The position numbers and the translations under genes were made by a program. 64,000 bases of DNA from assembly GCF_902459465.1 (NCBI RefSeq), contig NC_047062.1, positions 18,600,001-18,664,000 of the forward strand, in the 5' to 3' direction. Each line of letters starts with the position of its first letter. Position 1 is the first letter of the stretch. The stretch comes from Asterias rubens. Lineage: Eukaryota. Below are positions 57,001-64,000 of the stretch, in pieces. Below the pieces are notes generated by a model that ran no database searches, had not been told where the DNA came from, and saw only the letters and a program-made list of their open reading frames with translations.

Positions 57001-60000
57001 GGGAAGTGAACAGGGAATGATTGTTGTAACGTAATTTATCTTCAAGTACGCACAAATCCTCCAATCAGATTCGCAGAATGGAGTGGTGATAAAAACCTAT
57101 ATTGCACGGCTAATATCACTACCATGCGTATTGTGTGTTCTATGTCACGCGCCAAGTTTGCTTGAAGATAAATACGTTATCACACGCACGCTCATGGAAA
57201 TACGGAAAATATAGCGCGTCTGCGTCCCATATCCAACTCGGCCTTCGGCCTCGTTGGATATGGAACGCAGAAGCGCTATATTTGTCCGTATTCCACTCGC
57301 GCTTGTGTGATAACTTATAGAATGGGTGGCCCAAGCATTTTGGTCGAGATTGTAGTTCTGGAGTCTAACCTTAGTCACTCGTAGCACTCATGTGTCCATT
57401 AACATTAATTGCTCCCCATCACCTAGGAGTGGGTACCTACAATGTTTGAGGGTAGAGATTGTTGGGGTTGAGATGGTTTCAAAAATGTCCTTTGGCCAAG
57501 TAGTGATAGTTCAAGGAGCTTTGACACTTGTTTTTAAAGGCCCATGAGTTCATACAACTAATATGTACAATTTATAATCTGTGATTTATTTCAGAATACA
57601 TACATTTTCCATGATGTGTATGAAGATTTAATCCCTTTATGTAAAAAGGTAAGCAACTGTTTTCATAAATATCAGTATAAAGCTGGATTTTTGAAATGTC
57701 TAAAAGCCAGCACTCGAGGCTGACCTACACAAGCTTACAAATAAATTTCTACTCACTACCAAGGTAGTTTAGTATGCAATCAATGAGTGTTGAATCCATA
57801 ACATTGTGGAGTGATGGCATTGTTCCTAACATAGCTTGTTTTGTATTTTGGAATCAGGTCAATAGCTTAGTACATCAGGTATTCAGCAGCCCAGAGAGTG
57901 TGATGGGAAAGTTTGTACTCAACCTGTATGAAGTCAAACTACAGGTAAGCCTTTACTGCATACATCTAACTCTTAAGGAAAAATCCAAGCAACTGGACCT
58001 TTATCTTCCAAATATGTGGCAGTAAAAGATATTCCACAACTTTCTCAGATCTTCATTCAAGCCATTTGTAAAACAGTCCTTTTAAACATTTCAACCAATC
58101 AATTGTAACGTTTATATGATGCCATATTTGAATGATCTTTGCTCATGTAGTCATACAGTAAACTCTTGTAATCAGGTGAGATTTGAGTGACGTTTTGAAA
58201 GTTAGAAGTGTAGGTGATTGCCTGATAATGTATCCTTGACAGAAAAGGCACAGTCACCCAAACTGTGTTTACTTCTAAGAATGAATAATGCAGATCCGTT
58301 CGAACTAGAGCGCAAGTTACGATTTTTAATTTTTTTGAAGGTCAGGTATGCTGGACCTTAGAAGTTCAGATATCGTTTCACCAGCAGCATGATATTGTGT
58401 CTCCACTAGATAGGAGCCAGTGCAAGTCCATTAGGATAGGTGTTGCATGGTCAAATTTCCTTGCACAGAATCATTAAGTGCTTTAACTCACATATGATAG
58501 AGATAGATCCAACTTAAAAAGATCATTTCACAGACCAAAATAAAACTCAAAATACAACAATTTTAAATCTGCTATCCCAGGAACATGTGAAAGAGAAGCT
58601 CTCCAACAAAGATGAGGACCGGGAACACTACCTGAAGCACCTCCATGAGCTTTATGCACGGACAGGTCGCCTGACTGCAGCGCTGTCTGACTACAGGCTG
58701 GGCTCAGATGCACACCTCCTCACCAGACTCACCAAGCACATCTTCGAGAAGTACCTGCAGGGATACATCCAATGTGAGGAGCTTCACCTACGAGAGAAGA
58801 TGTCTGAGAATCTCAAGTCGTACTATAGTGTGCTCGGACATCAGAAGAAACTGATTCAACAAACTGGAGGGTAATGGATGTTCCATTTGATATTTATTAA
58901 AACGGAAATATAATATATGTACAAATTGCCTTAAGTGGTAAAGATCAACAGGGCTAGAAATTAACGGTGGATCGCAGGACTGAGGCCAGTGATTTAAGCG
59001 TCGGCCAGTACACTTAAGTTTGCAAATAAAAATTCTTTAAAAAAATGAAAAATGCATTTAGGGCAAATACAAGCTCTAAGGGGTCACACAGTTTGAGTGT
59101 TATGATTATCGCAACTAGTGTTGTGATGTAACCAATACAAATGTGCCAGTTGGGAAGTAAGTGCATTCTGCTCTACCAGCCAGGCTCTTAGTGATGGTAC
59201 CCCTGCCTACTTCCTTACAGACTGTGCAGGGGTTAACCCTGTTTCAGCCCAAGGAGTAGCTGGCAACGTGCCCCTGTTGATTGTTGATTTTGATCGATTA
59301 AGCCTAAATCATTTCAGTTAAGTCCGGCCATAAGATGTTAGGCAATCTCTCCTAACAAATATAAAAACAAAAACTTAAAAGTATACAATCCGTAAAATGG
59401 GCTGATTTAATCTGCTACTGGAGCTAACCTAGAGGCTAACCTTCGCCTGTTTTGGTTCTTTCCTTTGACAGCCTTCAAGATCTACAGAATAAACTACGCA
59501 CCAAGGCGCCCCTCCACATTGGTTCATCAGGTCCTCAAGTGGACTTCAAAGGACAGACTTTCCTCTCACAAGAAATAGCCTTGAATTTACTCAATGAATC
59601 CAAACAAGCATTCAACAGATGCCAACTGGTGAGTTTAGCTTTGCTCTTTTAAAGGGAAGGTACACGTTTGGTAATTACTCAAAACAAATATGAACTGAAA
59701 AACTTACTTGGTTACGAGCATTGGAGAGCTGTTGATAGTATAAAACATTGTGAGAAACGGCTCCCTCTGAAGCAGCAAAGATTTTGAGAAAGAGGAAATT
59801 TCTCACTGAAATATTTAAAGACTTCTAGCCAGAAGTCTTTTATTCCTATCTGAAAGCACACAAATTCGTCCAACAAGGGTGTTTTTTCTCTCATCATTAC
59901 CTCGCAACGGCGATAACCAATTTAGCTCAAATTTTCAACGGCTTGTTTTTTTGTGCTTAGGTTGGGATACACCAAGTGATAAGACTGGTTTTTGACAATT

Positions 60001-60673
60001 ACCAAACGTGTACCTTCCCTTTAAAGTAAACCACAGAGCGAAGGTAGTAGTCTCATAAGGCACATTTTCCAGAGATACAATGTGCTGCTAAAGAATGCTT
60101 GAGGTTGAGAGACTCTTTGATATACTGTAGAATTAAGTTAGAGAATGCTTTGTTCACTGATGTTTTGAAGGTGGTGTAATGTCTAACTGTTAACTAGTGG
60201 AACTATTGGAGAAGAGTATGTATGAGTTTAATGGGTTGTGAGAAAAAGATACGTGTAGCAATGTTTTGGAGCCTTTGTTGTCGGTTTATGTCAGCTTGCC
60301 TAATGTCATTGATGAGAGAGTTGCAATAATCCAGTGTAACACAAGGGCTCTGGCAGCAGTGTGGCATGTGTTTACCTCACAACAGTACCACAGCACATAA
60401 AAAAAACCTATTTTATCCCAATGTGTTTCTCTGTTTGCAGCTTTCCACCCAGTCCACCTTATCCACTCATGCCATCAAAATCTTTGACATTCTGACTGAG
60501 TATCTCTGCCAGGAGCACATTGAATACGCTCTTGAGATCGGACTTCAGGGTATCCCGTCCTCTGAACCTAAGAGCTTTCCACAAATCTACTTCTTCAATG
60601 TTGCCGGAGAGGCCAACGCTATCTTCCATCTTCTAGAGAAACAATTCAGTGATGTGCTGGTGCCGCTGATCAG
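51011..60673 (+). CDS. EXOC5: Exocyst complex component 5 (Sec10), partial
   Basis: Exons 51011-51256, 51776-51973, 52396-52460, 54912-54940, 55102-55211, 56308-56352, 57595-57648, 57858-57944, 58581-58870, 59472-59628, 60441-60673 splice in frame. They give recognisable Sec10 segments (YIEQLAWRT; HFQELDDHINNVATKVVHLGDQLEGVNTPR; AADIIQKLQLISQELP; TFLSQE; EHIEYALEIGLQGIPSSE). First exon not identified; 3' exons lie beyond the window. Confidence 0.93.
52519..52558. repeat. (GTTT)n microsatellite
   Basis: About 10 units in an EXOC5 intron. Confidence 0.9.
52750..52819 (-). mobile_element. Degenerate tRNA-SINE head
   Basis: Minus strand tggtcaagtggttagac...gggttcgaatcccc. Confidence 0.4.
53538..53786. 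repeat. Minisatellite with alternating long (66-68 bp) and short (about 60 bp) units
   Basis: ggtattctgatataaacgtta...caggaaacaacgggg units start at 53538, 53606, 53666 and 53732. Confidence 0.85.
54458..54770 (+). mobile_element. tRNA-derived SINE with central domain
   Basis: Box A tggtcaagcgg, box B ggttcaattccc, then gacacttgtgtccttgagcaagatactta...gggcagagatgg. Fragments also at about 41578-41640 and 57380-57500. Confidence 0.6.
55300..55412 (-). mobile_element. Second copy of the 12956-13070 repeat
   Basis: Reverse complement ctccagaagacgatcagagcatactgatcaaaacgtcgag...cagaaccac...catggtgttaccgcaaac. Confidence 0.5.
57176..57314. mobile_element. Foldback element with C-GAA-G mini-hairpin centre (EXOC5 intron)
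   Basis: Arms gttatcacac...atatccaac / gttggatat...gtgtgataac; centre tcg-gccttcggc-ctc. Confidence 0.6.
59649..60024 (-). mobile_element. Kolobok/T2-type MITE, fourth TIR variant, in an EXOC5 intron
   Basis: TTAA flanks; 24-bp perfect TIR AGGGAAGGTACACGTTTGGTAATT; body homologous to the main family in reverse. Confidence 0.8.
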
Positions 60674-62335
60674 GTAAGTCCAAGTCCGGACTTTGGTTGA
60701 TTTATTTTAGACAAAGTAAGGGATTCGATTGGAAAACATAGAAGTCTCAATCTGACTACAGTTTGTACCAATACCACTCCTCCAGAGAATTTTTTTCTGT
60801 CTCAAATGTTGCCATGAGTTAGCATGAGTAAGCACTAGGAGACCCCAACAATTTTCATTGCAGCAGTTGAAATAAGCATGTCTATGCACAAAATATCTGA
60901 CAAAATTTATATGATTTTCAGTTGTCTTTAACTAAAATTCGACCTCTGCATTTGATGAAATTTTCACAGTTTGTTTTGTGTAGTAATAACTGGAGTAAAA
61001 ATTAATACCTGGCAGCCTGGCTAAAGCGAAACTAGTTTCTTAACTTGGAAGTAGAACAATAAACCATTCTGGTTGTGGAATTGACAACTCAAGATTTAGC
61101 ATTAATATTCTTATAGACTTGGAGATTCCTTAATCCTTCTGAAGTAGCTTTTTCTTTAGTGACATGAATATAGATTTCTCTATTGATGTTTTACTAACAA
61201 GTAGAGTGTTTTATCAGTTTACGTGTAGTTAGTCTGCCAACCAGCAGTTTTTTCACTTCAAATCCTTCCTTTATTAGTTGTTAAAAGGGCTATGTCGTCA
61301 TGATCAAAGCAGGCCATTCAACTCTCACCTAGTAACTGCACACACACGCTCCCTCTGTATCATACCTACAGTGTATGGAGAGTGCCTGAGATTGGTCCTA
61401 TAACTGTTTAAGAGTTCATATTTCCACGTACAGTCACAAACCTGCTTGCATCCTGACCACAGAGCCCCCTTCAAGCTTTAACAAGTATGGTCCTGAAATG
61501 TTTCTCAAATTGTCAAAGTTTGTTTATGTCTTTTTGACATAAAAAATCCCAATCTTACTTCACTTGTCAATCCTATATAGCCTTTCATAATTGTCTCCAA
61601 ACAATGGCTAACAAAAAAACTTCATTAAAATAACACTTTTATTGTCCAGCTTTGAACCCTGGATTAAAGAAAGTTTATTCTATGAGTACCACATTAGCTG
61701 ACCAATGGAATACACCTCAATTCCTTATTCGGAAAATCAAAATGTTTTCCACTATTTGGATTTTTTAAATAACACGTTCTTTCAACCTGGCCTATACCCA
61801 CCACTCACCCACCCCATTTCTTTTATGATTTTCGTTATAATTAAACACACTTCTTTTGTTTTTTTGTCTTCGATTATTTCACCCCTTTTTTGTTGCGTTA
61901 CGTATTTCCAGAGGCTTCACGCCTGCATCAGAGGGATTGTGCTTAGTAAGGTGGGACTCCCTATGTAGCTTCAGCACTTTTGTTTGTGTATACAACTAGC
62001 GTAGTCTAGATGCCCTTTTATAGAATGCACATCTCTAATGGCCTGCCTCCTAATCCAATTAATTCTAACGATATCCCATTCTTCCCTGAATCATCCCCTT
62101 ATTTGGACTGATTTTGATTGATTTATGGGCCTTGAATTAATTCACACAACCCTTTGCAGTGGCGCTGGGTGGCTCTTGCTTTTGCTGTGGTGCCCTTTGC
62201 AAAGTTCCATAGATTTACAAGTTCCCGTTCTTCCAAACTGCATCCCCTGATTTTGATTGATTATAGGCACCACCCTTTGCAGTGTGTCTCTTGGTGCCTT
62301 TTGCTTTTGCCGTGGTGCCATTTACAATGTTCTAC

Positions 62336-62728
62336 TTAAAGACACTGAACACTATTGGTAATTGTTAAAGACCAGTCTTCTCACTTGGTGTATCTCAACA
62401 AATGCACAAAAATAGCAAACCCGTGAAAATTTGAACTCAATTGGTCGTCAAAGTTGCGAGATAATGGAAGAAAAAACACCCTTGTCACTCCAAGTTGTGT
62501 ACTTTCAGATGCTTGATTTTGGGACCTCAAAATCTAATTCCGAGGTCTCAAAATCAAATTCAAATATTTTACTGGAAAATTACTTCTTTCTCGAAAACTA
62601 CGTTACTTCAGTGGGAGCCGTTTCTCACAATGTTTTATATTATCAACAGCTCTCCATTGCTTGTTACCAAGTAAGTTTTTTGCTAACAATTATTTTGAGT
62701 AATTACCAATAGTGTCCAGTGCCTATAA
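62336..62728 (+). mobile_element. Kolobok/T2-type MITE, main family
   Basis: ttaaagacactgaacactattggtaatt...aattaccaatagtgtccagtgcct. Confidence 0.8.
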
Positions 62729-62734
62729 GACCTT

Positions 62735-62968
62735 TCAAGGGGAAAATTTGCCGCGTCACTGAGAAAAGCTTCATGCGCAAAGCCTTTCTTAGGCATTTGA
62801 AAGCGCACACTATGCAACAAGAGTGTTTTTTCTTTCATTATTTTCTGGACACTTTGATGACCAATTGAGCCAAAAGTTTCACAGGTAGGTTGTTTGATGC
62901 ACATGTTGGGATACACCAAGTTAGGGTACTGATCTTTGACAATTACCATAAGTATACCCTGTCTTTAA
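62735..62968 (-). mobile_element. Degenerate reverse-oriented TTAA MITE fragment adjoining the previous copy
   Basis: Ends ...tctttgacaattaccataagtataccctgtctttaa; interior matches the main family 5' half in reverse. Confidence 0.55.
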
Positions 62969-64000
62969 CTATACCATGTATACTTGTAACTCACAAAGGT
63001 TTTCAACTTGCTGATTTAGAGGCCACAATTTCTTCTCTGTGTTCATCAGATATAATTTACTAGAATAGAATGAAACAAACTAATAATAACATTATTAATA
63101 GTAATACAGGAGTCTTATAGCTACTCAAGGCTCTGGAGAAAAGAAAAATACTTTAAAGATATTTGTAACTAATTTGCACATTCCATATACTTTCACAACT
63201 GAATTTATGTTAACCGAATGTGAAATAAACAAATTTCAGTCACACTTACGATGTATTGAAAGCAATAGTGCAACACAAACTTGTTTATATAACATGATAT
63301 TTTACCAAAACCGATGTACTTTAACCCAACTTAATGTTTTCTCTACACTAAATGTACCCTCAAAAGATTATTCAGATTGTTAACCATGTGGTGTTTGAAA
63401 CTGGTTTTATATTGTACTCAATTTTATGCACTTCACTTTGAACTCAAAATCAAACCTTCTACTCTGCTCAGCCGAGTCAGAATTTGTGTGCATGACTTTT
63501 CTTCCTCTATTAAAACTAGGTTAAAATTTGTTAAGCCCCTGAAATCAAATTATTTAATTTATTTGTGTGTATGTATTACCGTTTATACTAGTTTTTTGGG
63601 GAAGAGGGCCAGCGGGGGGCTGTAAATGTATATTGAAGAGTAAGCACTGTTCCAGTGCAAATGTACACAGGTCAAGTCCACCAAGTTTGAAATTTATGTT
63701 AATTCACTTGCAAAGGACAGAAATATGTTTGGTCTTTTAAATTTTTGTTGGGTCCAGTGAAAGTTCCAAGCAGCAGGACCTATGGCCAAGTTTTTTTTTT
63801 TTTTTTTAAAGCTGGGATAATTTCTTAAACTAAAATCTTGTTTCATGTATTTGTATGTAATGCTTTAATAATGGATTAATCTTACAACTGTTTTTGAGAT
63901 GTGTTATCTGGATGAGTGTACTTTGACCTCCTCTGGATTTTTGAGAAAAAGCTTTTGCAGCACTTAGCATAGTGCATACCATACATGCCATATCGACTTG

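Overview
AT-rich animal genomic DNA with spliceosomal GT-AG introns. The gene and repeat content suggests an echinoderm, probably a sea star (inference). Left third: three proteinase K/PCSK9-type S8 serine protease loci. Gene A (minus, 983-5582) and gene C (minus, 14346-19598) are complete. Copy B (plus, 6423-10010) is an intact inverted copy of A's exons 3-8 with no signal/prodomain exons 1-2 of its own in the window, so A's exons 1-2 and TATA box sit between two opposed catalytic cassettes. Middle: three two-exon rhodopsin-class GPCR paralogues (galanin/allatostatin-receptor-like) on the minus strand plus a 5' relic. Right: 11 coding exons of EXOC5/Sec10 (plus); the first exon was not found and the gene continues past the window. 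The rest is dense with non-autonomous elements (TTAA-AG Kolobok/T2-type MITEs, Harbinger-type MITEs, a P-like MITE and an excision-like footprint of it, foldback elements with a conserved C-GAA-G mini-hairpin, tRNA-derived SINEs, hammerhead-like Penelope-type motifs), several structured tandem arrays and a templated insertion. No rRNA, CRISPR array or convincing functional tRNA. All coordinates and counts were read by eye; no searches were run.
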